A stretch of 49,665 nucleotides of DNA, filler included, from an uncultured virus (IMG/VR IMGVR_UViG_2049941000_000413) (38 parts of one record of this genome joined end to end with filler, not necessarily neighbours in it), one strand, 5' to 3'; shown: positions 1-11,542, numbered from the whole stretch's first letter. The notes: generated from the sequence alone by a model not told the origin. A program made the numbers and translations.

Positions 1-2
1 TG

Positions 3-308
3 GATGGGGACGAGAAGTACTTCCATTTCATCGACACGTTCTACAACTATACTGGACACCTTACGATTAATGTGGAAAAACTTGCGGATAGATTGATATA
101 TTGTCAGAACAATAAAGACGTATCCCTTCTGACATTCCTTTCGCTGTTCTTGGCGGACGGAAACTTCTTGTTGCTGTATGTGCAGAATTACAAGGATTTG
201 TCAAAATATAACGCAATGGTTGATATGTTCAAACCGATTGGGTACACAGATATGACAATACCCAAGAGTCATCCAGATTTCATAATAATGCACAATAATG
301 ATTCAGCA
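3..308 (+). CDS. Internal fragment of hypothetical protein, possibly a large virion protein
   Basis: Open frame across the whole contig (DGDEKYFHFIDTFYN...); no motif recognised. Confidence 0.45.
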
Positions 309-408
309 NNNNNNNNNNNNNNNNNNNNNNNNNNNNNNNNNNNNNNNNNNNNTTAATTAATTAANNNNNNNNNNNNNNNNNNNNNNNNNNNNNNNNNNNN
401 NNNNNNNN
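309..408. other. Artificial scaffold linker (N-run + TTAATTAATTAA + N-run); recurs dozens of times in the window
   Basis: Identical 12-mer with stops in all six frames, always embedded in 100-nt N blocks. Confidence 0.97.
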
Positions 409-955
409 ATGCCACAACCCCCAATGGGTGGTGCAATGCCAGCGGCTCCAATGCCTGGTGCTCCGATGCCCGGTGCCCCCGGTGCTATGCCACAAGGACC
501 AAGCGACACAAATAATGATGGCGTACTCGATGACCTTAATGGTGACGGTAAGACAGACGACCTTACTGGTGATGGGTTCCCAAATATAGACGATGACGCT
601 TCAGACAGCAACTCACCCAGTGGCAAGACTGGTCTTGGAGGTGATATGAATATGGGTGGCAATATGGGTTTGGACCAAGACAAGAGTGATGAACTGGGTA
701 ACAACGAAATCGCAAACGGGCAGGAGATTATGAACGACAAGGTGGACCTTGTTGGACAGAACCTTGGTCACGTTGACGACAGAATTGCACAGATGTTCGG
801 AACAATCAATCGTCTTATCAATATGGTTGATAGCAACAATAGGAAAATCGAAGATTTAAGCAAAGAAGTTGCGAAGAGAAACCCAACACCCACAGAGCGT
901 TTAAATATTCGTTCTCAGGACGGATATCCGTTCAATATTCCAGTATCTGATTTTT
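409..955 (+). CDS. Hypothetical protein fragment with Pro/Gly/Met low-complexity region and Asp-rich DxxxDG motifs
   Basis: PGAPM repeats, DTNNDG/DLNGDG/DLTGDG, coiled-coil-like stretch, RSQDGYPFN. Confidence 0.6.
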
Positions 956-966
956 NNNNNNNNNNA

Positions 967-1230
967 AGACTTGCCAGACTGGAACCAACCATTGTGCCCG
1001 AAGCAAAACCAGAAGAACCCCAAAAGAAACCTCAAAAGAATAAGATTACCAAAAAGAATAAGGCTATGAATCCACAAGAAAAAGCCGCAAGGATTGAAGA
1101 AATTCTTCAAAATCAAGAAGAGAACAAAGGTCGTGTAAAACGTGTTAAGAAAGATAAGGGTCTCATTGAGAGAACTGAGAGTTCTAAGGTTATTTTGACT
1201 GAAGACAATAAGCAACTTTTGAACGATTAA
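967..1230 (+). CDS. Hypothetical protein, C-terminal fragment
   Basis: Open frame ending ...KVILTEDNKQLLND*. Confidence 0.55.
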   Translation, partial: RLARLEPTIVPEAKPEEPQKKPQKNKITKKNKAMNPQEKAARIEEILQNQEENKGRVKRVKKDKGLIERTESSKVILTEDNKQLLND

Positions 1231-1336
1231 TATGNNNNNNNNNNNNNNNNNNNNNNNNNNNNNNNNNNNNNNNNNNNNTTAATTAATTAANNNNNNNNNN
1301 NNNNNNNNNNNNNNNNNNNNNNNNNNNNNNNNNNTC

Positions 1337-2066
1337 GCAGGCTGGGAAGGACCGTTTCTCTTTTTTGACAGAAAGGGTCTGCTCAAGAACTTCGGTAAAT
1401 GGGACTACAAGGCTGGTAAAGAAACCAGCAAAATGAGAACACAAGCCGTGATTGAGGACATCGCAAAGGCGATAAACGTCATTCTGGACCAGCAAGCGGA
1501 AGGGGTGATAAAGCAACCCATCTGCTTCATCTGGGACTCAATCGGCTCCATTCCATCATTTGCCTCGGTTGTTGGTGTAAAGAACAATATGTATGACGCT
1601 GGGGCAATTTCCACCGTATTCAATGACCTTATCAACGGAAGGATTCCACAATCGAGAAACGTCAGCGAACCATATACAAACACAATGTTCTGTGTGAACA
1701 AGATTTGGAATGATTCAATGAACTCTATGGGTGGAATACCAAGCATTGAGTATAAGGGAGGCAAGACGTTCTATTACGGTGCCAGACTTATACTCCATCT
1801 CGGTGGAGTGGCGAAGGCTGCGACCAAGAAACTTAACGCCACAGCGAAGGGCCAGACGTACCGCTACGGTATCATTACCAAGATAAAGGTGGTCAAAAAC
1901 CAGTTACCAACACCTTATAATATTACATATGAGGGGGAAATGGCTTGCGTCCACAACGGACTGCTTGAGCCAGACAAACTGGATGAGTACAAGAAGACCA
2001 ATATGAAAGATATCCTTAAACGTATTGAGGAACTCGCCGCTGGCAGCGAGGTTGACATTGGCGATA
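1337..2066 (+). CDS. RecA/UvsX-like recombinase, C-terminal part
   Basis: Walker B-like FIWDSIGS, KGGKTFYYGARL (cf. RecA GGNALKFYA), KIKVVKN. Confidence 0.85.
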
Positions 2067-2077
2067 NNNNNNNNNNC

Positions 2078-2179
2078 AACGATATGTATAAGGCGCTTTG
2101 CAGACGTTGCTGGAAGAAACAAATTAACATTCAAAAACAGATGATAAATGAAGACTCCAGTCAAAAAGAAAAACTATGA
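2078..2179 (+). CDS. tdk: Thymidine kinase, C-terminal end
   Basis: NDMYKALCRRCW matches the TK1-type terminal Zn-binding Y-x-x-x-CRxC motif; overlaps the RecA start. Confidence 0.6.
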   Translation, partial: NDMYKALCRRCWKKQINIQKQMINEDSSQKEKL

Positions 2180-2570
2180 AGCACCCTCATTAGAGGAAAC
2201 CGCAAAAAAATTGAATGCGATGTTTGGCTTTAATGTTGGGAATAACGGTAAACCGGTAAAAAGGAGCGACCTCGTTGGTTCGAGTGCCGACAAACCTTTA
2301 AGGTTCATCCCAATGAAGAAGGCATTTTCCGATGCCACAAAATTACCTGGTATTCCTATGGGATACGTCACTATGTGTGGCGGATGGAGTGATACTGGCA
2401 AAAGTACAATCAAAAATGAGTTGATTGCGTCATGCATCAACAACAACATCCTTCCGGTCATTTTCGAGACTGAGGGCAACTTTGATTGGCAATACGCTAT
2501 TGACTGTGGAGTAAAGGCCGTGCCAGTGTATGATGATATTGTCGACGAGGATACTGGGGAGGTAACCTGA
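2148..2570 (+). CDS. RecA/UvsX-like recombinase, N-terminal part
   Basis: GIPMGYVT, Walker A GWSDTGKST, FETEG; complements 1337-2066. Confidence 0.85.
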   Translation: MKTPVKKKNYEAPSLEETAKKLNAMFGFNVGNNGKPVKRSDLVGSSADKPLRFIPMKKAFSDATKLPGIPMGYVTMCGGWSDTGKSTIKNELIASCINNNILPVIFETEGNFDWQYAIDCGVKAVPVYDDIVDEDTGEVT

Positions 2571-2672
2571 NNNNNNNNNNNNNNNNNNNNNNNNNNNNNN
2601 NNNNNNNNNNNNNNTTAATTAATTAANNNNNNNNNNNNNNNNNNNNNNNNNNNNNNNNNNNNNNNNNNNNAG

Positions 2673-2792
2673 GACCTCGGCGAGAGACTTGACAGAATGT
2701 TGCCTTGGAACTTGGTTGAGAAACAGAAAACAATGACAGATAATACAATGGAGATATTAAAACTCAAGCCTCTTGGGTTGTATGTAATATAA
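2673..2792 (+). CDS. C-terminus of probable neck protein (continues 3847-4206)
   Basis: DLGERLDRMLPWNLVEK...KPLGLYVI*, resembling the gp13-like terminal P-x-x-h-h-h signature. Confidence 0.5.
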   Translation, partial: DLGERLDRMLPWNLVEKQKTMTDNTMEILKLKPLGLYVI

Positions 2793-2798
2793 AACGAT

Positions 2799-3420
2799 AT
2801 GGAAAGAATATTATTAGAAAGTGTAGTACGGAACATTACACATAAAGTGGTTAAAAACCTTTGCGAGGCCGCTTCATTAGAGACGAATTACGAACGACCA
2901 ATGATGAGCGGAGAACGATTTGATGAGATTTTGANNNNNNNNNNGAAAAGCAAAGGAACGCCCCTTCTGTGCTGTATGGAGATTATCCAGTCAGTGGGTT
3001 CTTTAGTATAGGCAACTCCAAACTTCCCAAAGACACAATGATAATTGACTTCAACAGTGCACACCACTGCCCGTCGATATCGTTTTGTCCAGTATCATCA
3101 CTCGNNNNNNNNNNAGGAGCCTTATAAAACAATGGAAAGCGGAAGGAGGACAACGTGACGCACAAGGCAATCCAATTGGGGGGTTAAGCAAATACCTTGA
3201 ACTCGCAAAGGCACTCATTTTAAAAAAGAATACGGCGTTTAATAATTACATAAAGAAGGTGAATGCGTATAATTCTGGGCAGAGCAAGCAAAAACCATCT
3301 GACAGAAACGAACCCACACCCGTTCGCTACGTTCGCTTTAATGAGGTTGGTGATTTTCCCAATGAACACGCATTGGAATGTGCAGTAAAGTTTGCGGAAG
3401 ACCTAAAGAATTTGGACGAA
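2799..3420 (+). CDS. GP88-family-like Cys-motif protein, N-terminal/central part (frame changes at N gaps)
   Basis: GNSKLPKDTMIIDFNSAHHCPSISFC (2945-3104) and VRFNEVGDF (3115-3420) match the GNxKL..CP..C and RxHxxGDF pattern. Confidence 0.6.
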
Positions 3421-3846
3421 NNNNNNNNNNNNNNNNNNNNNNNNNNNNNNNNNNNNNNNNNNNNNNNNNNNNNNNNNNNNNNNNNNNNNNNNNNNNNNNN
3501 NNNNNNNNNNNNNNNNNNNNNNNNNNNNNNNNNNNNNNNNNNNNNNNNNNNNNNNNNNNNNNNNNNNNNNNNNNNNNNNNNNNNNNNNNNNNNNNNNNNN
3601 NNNNNNNNNNNNNNNNNNNNNNNNNNNNNNNNNNNNNNNNNNNNNNNNNNNNNNNNNNNNNNNNNNNNNNNNNNNNNNNNNNNNNNNNNNNNNNNNNNNN
3701 NNNNNNNNNNNNNNNNNNNNNNNNNNNNNNNNNNNNNNNNNNNNNNNNNNNNNNNNNNNNNNNNNNNNNNNNNNNNNNNNNNNNNNNNNNNNNNNNNNNN
3801 NNNNNNNNNNNNNNNNNNNNNNNNNNNNNNNNNNNNNNNNNNNNTT

Positions 3847-4206
3847 CATCTTATGTCAACCCCTGGCTCCCCCAATATAGTCAACGGTCTTGCCGCTGAT
3901 GACACTTGGGGATGGAACCGTTATCACGGTTGCTATGTGTGGTACACCTATTATGATGTGTCTGGAGATGCTGACGAGATAACTCAGTGTATGATTGACA
4001 ACAAGGATGACATTCTCATCACGCCAGACCAGATTCCGTTGAACAAGATGCAGTATGAGTTGATGAACGAACCGACCCAGCAGACTGTTCGACAACTGTT
4101 TGTTGCGGAGGCGTTCATCACATTGGCGGTGATTAGGGGAAAATTCTCTGGAGAAGTGAAGATTCCAGACGCTGAACTCAAGATGGACTACGGTCAGTTA
4201 ATGGAT
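3847..4206 (+). CDS. Neck protein (T4 gp13-like), fragment
   Basis: VRQLFVAEAFITLAVIRGKFSGEVKIPDAELKMDYGQL resembles the gp13 C-terminal region. Confidence 0.6.
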
Positions 4207-4307
4207 NNNNNNNNNNNNNNNNNNNNNNNNNNNNNNNNNNNNNNNNNNNNTTAATTAATTAANNNNNNNNNNNNNNNNNNNNNNNNNNNNNNNNNNNNNN
4301 NNNNNNA

Positions 4308-4956
4308 GAAGATTTTCAGTTCAAACTTGTACACGAGTTTCTTTCTGACAATGAATTCTTCAGCGAATTACACGACCTCGTTACACCGAACGAGTTCACA
4401 AACCCATATCTCAAGGAGATTGTATGCATCATCAAGGATTGGTATAGTGAATATGGATTACTGATAGACTATTCCAACCTCAAGACAAAGATACGCTCCA
4501 AGTATACGGATTATATGCTTGACTCATACCTTGCAAGTGTAGAAAAGGTGGAGAAATGTACTACAATTGGGTCGGAGTTCAATAGGCAACTTGCCGAAAA
4601 GTTCTTCAAGCAACAAGCAATAATCAGAACTGCCAACGAGATTCTCAAGATTGCCGGCGATGGAGACATNNNNNNNNNNTCGGGGCCATTGATGAGACGC
4701 TTGAGGGTGGTTTGGGTAAAGAAGAGTTGGGCGTAATCATTGGGCCATCAAGTTTTGGAAAGACATCGCTTACCACTGCGATAGCCGCTTACGCAGCCAC
4801 ACACGGCAACAAAGATGAGAGAGGCTTCAAGGTGTTGCAAATTGTCTTCGAGGACAGAATCAAGCAAATCTGCCGAAAACACTTTGGATACATCACAGGT
4901 ATCGAGGCAAAAGACCAGTCCAAGCCAGAATACGTTGATGAGGTTAAAGAACAGTT
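4308..4956 (+). CDS. DnaB/T4 gp41-like replicative helicase, N-terminal part and Walker A (two contigs)
   Basis: IDETLEGGLGKEELGVIIGPSSFGKT; LQIVFED. Confidence 0.85.
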
Positions 4957-5057
4957 NNNNNNNNNNNNNNNNNNNNNNNNNNNNNNNNNNNNNNNNNNNN
5001 TTAATTAATTAANNNNNNNNNNNNNNNNNNNNNNNNNNNNNNNNNNNNNNNNNNNNC

Positions 5058-5570
5058 GGCGATTTATTTTTCGGCGGTGATTTTGCGGAAGGGAAGGCAT
5101 ACGTCGACTATTTTGATACAGACTACAAACACAGTGTCAAACTGGTTGATGATGGCAAAACCGTTGGCATTATGACTATGTGCAACGACGGGATTGATAG
5201 GTATTGCTGTGGCCTTTTTACGAAAGATGAACCAAAACTTTCGAAACTCTTGAAGAGGTATCGTGGCATAACAGCGATGACTCTCGGTTTGTATGAGAAG
5301 TATCGTGGGCATAAACTCAGTGATAAATTGGTCGAAGCGATGCTTGACAAGTGTCAGAACTTTGACTACATAGTAATTCCAATTGCAAACAAATTGAACA
5401 CCCACACATATTGGGCAAGGTATGGGGCGGAAGAGGTTTATTCTGATGGCACAAACTCATTTTATCTTTTGGTGCAGAATAAAGAACTTAAACATAAACT
5501 TGATAACGCTAAAGGTGTCAATAAAGTTGCAGAAAGCGTAATTAATAGATATTTATTATTAACAATATAA
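5058..5570 (+). CDS. Putative GNAT-family acetyltransferase (5' truncated)
   Basis: LGLYEKYRGHKLSDKLV resembles GNAT motif A; YWARYG resembles motif B. Confidence 0.5.
   Translation, partial: GDLFFGGDFAEGKAYVDYFDTDYKHSVKLVDDGKTVGIMTMCNDGIDRYCCGLFTKDEPKLSKLLKRYRGITAMTLGLYEKYRGHKLSDKLVEAMLDKCQNFDYIVIPIANKLNTHTYWARYGAEEVYSDGTNSFYLLVQNKELKHKLDNAKGVNKVAESVINRYLLLTI
5550..5556 (+). promoter_or_regulatory. TATTTAT putative late-promoter motif
   Basis: Lies about 40 nt before ATG 5595; same motif precedes other genes in the window. Confidence 0.5.
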
Positions 5571-5594
5571 CAACAACACAAACTTTAAAAAACT

Positions 5595-5726
5595 ATGTTC
5601 GGATATCTTAAATCACTTGCAAAAGTAAACTCTGGCAACAGCAGCAAGAGTTTCTCATTGCTCATTTCTGCGATAACTGGCGGCATCTTAGCACTTTGTA
5701 TGGCCTTTTGTATGGTGTGGGACGCT
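5595..5726 (+). CDS. Small membrane protein, holin-like (3' truncated)
   Basis: MFGYLKSLAKVNSGNSSKSFSLLISAITGGILALCMAFCMVWD: SSK motif followed by a TM helix. Confidence 0.45.
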
Positions 5727-5827
5727 NNNNNNNNNNNNNNNNNNNNNNNNNNNNNNNNNNNNNNNNNNNNTTAATTAATTAANNNNNNNNNNNNNNNNNN
5801 NNNNNNNNNNNNNNNNNNNNNNNNNNA

Positions 5828-6423
5828 AATAAGAGACTTGTGCTTGACAATGACGACATCCTTGAAGTCTATGACAAGTATTGGAAATATACGACAGTCT
5901 CAAATCACGCTGGTGACTATATGATTTTTGGGGTTCCAACTGGAAGCCAGATACTTCACGTGGATTTGGATATGTCGGACATTGGCGTTTTGTCGCAGTC
6001 TCCGAGAGACTTTATGCAACGAGGCTACGACAGAAGTGAATTTGAGAATCCATCACAGTTCAAATACAGTACAAACATTGACACTCTCCCCCAAATATTT
6101 TCTCAAAATCAAACTATTCACGTTTATCCATTCTGGGGCGATGAGACCGAAGACGTCATAGCAATAACAAGGGCTGACATTGAGATTGATTATACATTTG
6201 AAGCCACTTGCGTCTTTATGGGTGCGGTCCTCACAGACAGCGTAAAAAACGACATCGGTGACAAGTGCTCACCATCAAAGACTGCTGGGGAGAACAGGCA
6301 ACTTGTTGCAGCCACCGGAACAATCGAAATGATTCGAAAGACAATTGGTGGTCACGTTGAGCAATTCCAGATACAAGGTGATGACCTTATCGACGAGCAC
6401 GGAGTGTGGTGTTATCAGATTCC
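5828..6423 (+). CDS. Large putative virion structural protein, fragment (likely continues at 15323)
   Basis: Open frame ending GVWCYQI(P); 15323 begins MNLDYV; structural-module context. Confidence 0.55.
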
Positions 6424-6523
6424 NNNNNNNNNNNNNNNNNNNNNNNNNNNNNNNNNNNNNNNNNNNNTTAATTAATTAANNNNNNNNNNNNNNNNNNNNN
6501 NNNNNNNNNNNNNNNNNNNNNNN

Positions 6524-6835
6524 AAGTGTATGCGGAAGGGGTTCCAGGTGAAGTGGTTTCATTCTCGGTCGACAATAGCAATCCAATCAGATTCGGAACC
6601 TTCATTGAAGGAGAGAATGGTACTGATGATGTTTTCACAAGGAACAATAAGGATTTTGTTTTTACAGCAAGCACAATATCACTTGGGAACACTGGCGGTG
6701 TCACATGTACCTTTTCTCATATGGGAAGTGGTTCAAGTTCAGATGTAATGGCGTTCAGAATTGAAAACGATAACGCCAACGCAACTCACAATGTTATGAC
6801 TAGAGCCCCACGATTACTTAACCTCACTGACAACT
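6524..6835 (+). CDS. Putative structural protein fragment
   Basis: Open frame, beta-rich Ser/Thr/Gly composition. Confidence 0.4.
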
Positions 6836-6935
6836 NNNNNNNNNNNNNNNNNNNNNNNNNNNNNNNNNNNNNNNNNNNNTTAATTAATTAANNNNNNNNN
6901 NNNNNNNNNNNNNNNNNNNNNNNNNNNNNNNNNNN

Positions 6936-8281
6936 GCGAAGGTCAATGATAAAACTTTTCCCCTAACTGTAATTGGTGAGGGGACAGATAAATTTATAGG
7001 TGCCGATATAGGTGGGGTTTTATATAAGATTTCTGGTCAGACAACTACTTCTGATGGGAGGATTATGGACGGCGACCGAGAGGTTGATGAACATATGATG
7101 CCTTCAAGCAGATATGTTATCCCAGTTGAATCTGGGGCACAAGATGCAATACCGCTATACTCAACGGTACAAAGTGTTCCTTATGGGGGCAAACTTATAT
7201 TGTTTGTTGAGGACTCTGAAGCAATTGTTCCGAACGATGTAATACAGGCAAAACCTTGGGGTGGGGATGTTTATGACCTCAAGATACAAACAGACCCAGA
7301 AGGTAGGTTTGTAATATATGGCGGGGTAAGATACAATGTGGAAGACAATATTTGCGACACCGTCAATGTAGAGGGGACCGATTNNNNNNNNNNAATTGTG
7401 AGAATTGAGAAAAAGGAAGTGTTCAATTTTGTTGTAACCGACGTCTTTGGGGGTAATATGGTTGTGTGTGAACCCATCTTGACCAACTGTTACCATCTTG
7501 GAGTGAATGAGATAAAATCAATTAAGCAAAGTATTTGCACCACAGTCAACAGTAACTCCGAAAACTTCTTATTTGAATTAGTGGACGACATTTTTGGTGT
7601 TGGCCGTATTGATTATAAGACGCCTTTTGAAATACTTAAGGGCAACACAAAGGGTATCACAATCGCAAACAGTGACCAGATTATAAAGTTCAAGCAGTTT
7701 ATGGCATTGTTTAAGGTTGCGGATTACACTGTTATACCATTGGCGATAGGACAAGGGGTGGCACTGAATCTTTTTCAAGATAACAACTTGAATTATCTAT
7801 TTGAACCCAACCCAATAGTTGATATGGAGAGGGATGTATATTCCCCTAGAGCACTAAGCGGTGATACTGACGTGTATGAAATACAATTCAATCTCCACTT
7901 CAGAACGAGACAACTTCCAGAATGGACAGTAAACGAGGACAATGAGGGTGAAAATGGGTGGTTCGCAACAGATATGACACAATATCAAAGTGGTAGTGCC
8001 GATTTCTATAACAACCTACAGTCACACGGAGACCTTCTCGGTTTTGTGAATTTCTCGAACGGTGATGTGTATTATCAGAAGAAAAAAATTGCTAAGTCGT
8101 TTTTGAGAATTTCGGTATACAACGAGCCAAACCCAAATACTCAAGTACTACTGCACACTAGCACGATGTTTCTTGATGAGCATATGCTGTTCGGTAGATA
8201 CACCAAAGGTCTTGTGAATCAAGAATATCGAATGGTCAGCAACAATCCACCTGAACGGTTTACAACATCAATACCAACAGT
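6936..8281 (+). CDS. Putative structural protein fragments (two contigs)
   Basis: Long open frames on both sides of the 7384-7393 gap; the order and fusion across the gap are uncertain. Confidence 0.5.
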
Positions 8282-8381
8282 NNNNNNNNNNNNNNNNNNN
8301 NNNNNNNNNNNNNNNNNNNNNNNNNTTAATTAATTAANNNNNNNNNNNNNNNNNNNNNNNNNNNNNNNNNNNNNNNNNNNN

Positions 8382-8931
8382 TCGTGATAGACACAAACGG
8401 TATAAGAAACACACTGATGAAGAACAAGGCGTTAACAAACAATGCGTTGATTGGGTATCGAATTATCTATTTTAATGATAATGGTGATAGGGAACCATTC
8501 TATAGACTGATTACCAGCAACAATAGATGTGAACCTATCATCCAGACACCTACGTCATCTNNNNNNNNNNATAAGGCGTATACATATAGGTACAACGACA
8601 ACTCATCATTCATCTTTGTAACGCTAACACCTTCGGTTGCCCCGACTTTCAAGGCGTCCGCTATGCCATACATTGGCAAGCCAACCCAAAGGATTGCACT
8701 TGTGAACACAGAGTTTGAACCCATTATGCTCGATATCGAGNNNNNNNNNNGACGACGACACAATCTCAACAATGCTTGAGGGGTCGCAGTTGCGTTCGCT
8801 CGACAATGGTATTGTTACAACATTCAATGACAGCAACGAGATTTACCACCAAAGCGAGCACTTCTCATTGAAGGACGAATATACAGGCGAGCCGATATAC
8901 GAAGTAAAAGAGAAGAAAGATAAGTCAATCG
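8382..8931 (+). CDS. Putative structural protein, C-terminal part (N-terminus probably 9161-9383)
   Basis: Open frames across three small contigs. Confidence 0.5.
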
Positions 8932-8943
8932 NNNNNNNNNNGC

Positions 8944-9141
8944 AAACAATATACTGCTTTACCACTTATGAGAACGGAGCCTAATTTAGGTATGGCAATA
9001 CAGCAAAACATTGATGAAGATATTTATATAAATAGAGGTTTATCAGCGGCATTTGAACGCTACGTCAAACTTGGCGAGGTGTCCACGATGGAGGCACTCT
9101 CAAATTATGGCAACGGATGGTTTAAGATGCTGAGTGACTAA
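8944..9141 (+). CDS. C-terminus of putative structural protein (missed by ORF track)
   Basis: KQYTALPL...DIYINRGLSAAFERYVKLGEVSTMEALSNYGNGWFKMLSD*, followed by ATG 9161. Confidence 0.55.
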   Translation, partial: KQYTALPLMRTEPNLGMAIQQNIDEDIYINRGLSAAFERYVKLGEVSTMEALSNYGNGWFKMLSD

Positions 9142-9160
9142 TTAAAAAAATTATAAAAGG

Positions 9161-9383
9161 ATGATACAAGGCGTATACGGTACACAGATACCAGTCAACA
9201 TAGATTCGTCTCTAGTGGACATTTATTACAACTATCACGAGACAAGGAACAGCGATAGTGTTGAGACATCTACGTTTAGAAAAATACCATCTAGTCTGTT
9301 AAGACCGGTTGTGTATGAGAAAGCGTATGATGATGCAGACAGTGTAATAGAGGGAATGTATAATTTGAGGTTGCCGATGGAAT
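9161..9383 (+). CDS. Putative structural protein, N-terminal part
   Basis: ATG after A-rich leader; open to contig end. Confidence 0.55.
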
Positions 9384-9483
9384 NNNNNNNNNNNNNNNNN
9401 NNNNNNNNNNNNNNNNNNNNNNNNNNNTTAATTAATTAANNNNNNNNNNNNNNNNNNNNNNNNNNNNNNNNNNNNNNNNNNNN

Positions 9484-10073
9484 TGCATCAATATCGGTTT
9501 CGGAGGTGATTTCAAAATCGTACATTCCATAATCACTTTCTAAATCTACAAATTCATAGGACTTTTTTTCAACATCCCAGACAGCGAAGCCGTGATTAGT
9601 TATGGTTTCGCCGAAATTTTGTTGTATAAGTGAGCCTGGATATATGACATCAACGTCACCACATTCAAGGACTTGTCGTTTATGGATATCTCCAGCCATT
9701 ACCACATCACACCCGTTGAACCTCTGCCCACTTATGCCATCGGAAATAATCGTTCCGTTGTTCAGTGTTGCGCCAACAACGGTGCCGTGATAAAGACCGA
9801 CCATCCAGTTGTCTGGACGTTCCTTTGACGCTGTTATCAAATCTGGCTCACGATAGTTGTCGTGAATTGAATAGAGGCACCAGGTGATATTCTCGTCGTG
9901 AAGATATCCACTCTCGTATCCAAGTTCCTCATCAAGGAAATACGCATTCTCAAACTTTGCAGTTTCAAACAGAGCGGTCAATGTGTCTGTTCTGGACGTA
10001 TTGTTGACAATAAGGTCGTGGTATCCGCTATATACGAGGACCTTCCCTATGGGTTCCAGTTTTCTGATGAACG
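9484..10073 (-). CDS. SbcD/Mre11 (T4 gp47-like) recombination nuclease, fragment
   Basis: GLYHG, MAGDIHKRQ, YPGSLIQQNFGE, HGFAVWD. Confidence 0.85.
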
Positions 10074-10085
10074 NNNNNNNNNNTC

Positions 10086-10220
10086 TACCTCCACTTTGAT
10101 ATGTACAGTCAAGAAGGATTGAAGGAAGTGAAATATCTGGAGGACGTTGTAATACCGTATGTTACACAAATGATACCATCAACATCAATACTTAATGTCG
10201 AATACACAGAATGGTCTTAA
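10086..10220 (+). CDS. C-terminus of putative baseplate/structural protein
   Basis: ...LEDVVIPYVTQMIPSTSILNVEYTEWS*, overlapping the next ATG. Confidence 0.45.
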   Translation, partial: YLHFDMYSQEGLKEVKYLEDVVIPYVTQMIPSTSILNVEYTEWS

Positions 10221-10525
10221 AGGTTGACAAATATAATGAAGGGGGTGGGGTTTGGACAATCAACGCCCAAACCGACAAGCAGATGGTTTGCGAACTTCGC
10301 GGACCAGCACAAACATTGTCCAAACTGAAAGTCTTATACCTTTCCTCGCATACGGTAAAAATAATTCCAACAAAGAATTTTAATTACCAGATTAATGCAA
10401 TCATTAGAGACGGTGGACCAATAGCGGTCACTGTAAGAATTTCCAACACTGCGGAGACGCCAATTCATCCAAGACTTGAAGTAACCCCAATAAACATCAA
10501 CGACCATTCCACTCTGATAGATGTG
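10211..10525 (+). CDS. Hypothetical protein, N-terminal part
   Basis: ATG overlaps the upstream stop; open to the gap. Confidence 0.5.
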
Positions 10526-10536
10526 NNNNNNNNNNA

Positions 10537-10871
10537 GAGACAATGGCTTGAGGATAAAGGATACGAGATTCCGATGACAACTCCGAAGTTTGAAGGGGAA
10601 GAGCCAAAACCGAATTATAGGAAATTAAAATGGAGAGGAGACGACAAGGCAGAACTTGAAAAGTATCTGAAGGTTTTCCAGAGTGCTTCACCTTGCGGAA
10701 GTAAATGCCATGTATGCTATAATATGAATGGTGGTAGAAATATGAACAACCTCGACGAGGTTATTTATGATTATCACGTCTTGAGTGCAATACACGGAGG
10801 CGGAACCCCATTCTGGAACCAGGACTATTATAATTACAAGAGAAGAGAAGGGGCCAAACCCAGAAAAAAGG
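10537..10871 (+). CDS. Probable C-terminal part of the GP88-like protein
   Basis: CGSKCHVCY...VLSAIHG matches the C-terminal C-x-x-x-C-x-x-C...HG pattern of such proteins. Confidence 0.45.
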
Positions 10872-10971
10872 NNNNNNNNNNNNNNNNNNNNNNNNNNNNN
10901 NNNNNNNNNNNNNNNTTAATTAATTAANNNNNNNNNNNNNNNNNNNNNNNNNNNNNNNNNNNNNNNNNNNN

Positions 10972-11486
10972 ACATAGAGAGACTTATACGCCAGTTGACC
11001 AACAGTGGTTTCAGACCCGACTTAGTCATCATTGACTATTTTGAGTGCCTAAAGATGGTATCAGACTCCACAACCAACAGCGAGTGGGAGCGAGAAGGCA
11101 AGACAATGCGTAAGTTTGAGGCAATGGCTGGAGAACTTAACGTAGGCATCTGGGTTCCGCTTCAAGGAACAAAAGACTCTGTTANNNNNNNNNNTATCGT
11201 GATGTCTATTGCAAGGACCGTTGATGATATCAGCGACAACAAGGCTACTATTGCAATTCTTAAGAACAGGGCTGGTAAGGCTGGGAAGATATTCAACAAT
11301 GTTGAGTTCAACAATGGAACGTGTCGTATCAGTACGGACAATGTTGTTGAGTTTGAGTCACTTACAAAGTATAACGAGAACAGTGACAAGCAGAAACTTG
11401 CTGATAACAAACTGGTTCTCAAGCGTTATGAAGAGGCACAGAGAATGCATAATAAAATGTCGTCAGCAGTCGATGAAGAATTTTAA
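10972..11486 (+). CDS. DnaB-like helicase, C-terminal part
   Basis: Walker B LVIIDY, arginine-finger LKNRAG. Confidence 0.85.
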
Positions 11487-11495
11487 TTGAGGAAG

Positions 11496-11535
11496 AATTT
11501 GACCGTCAAACCTTTAAGATTTTGGCGGTCAAATT
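11496..11535 (+). terminator. Hairpin after the helicase stop
   Basis: AATTTGACCGTCAAA / TTTGGCGGTCAAATT 15-bp stem (one G-U), 10-nt loop. Confidence 0.6.
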
Positions 11536-11542
11536 TGACCCA

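Noticed and set aside
353..364. Regularly recurring TTAATTAATTAA resembling a repeat array
   Set aside because: Synthetic six-frame-stop linker inside N blocks; not CRISPR or biological
2568..2570. Premature stop splitting RecA (split gene or intron)
   Set aside because: The stop lies in the last bases of a contig, where chimeric tails occur; the remainder of RecA is at 1337-2066
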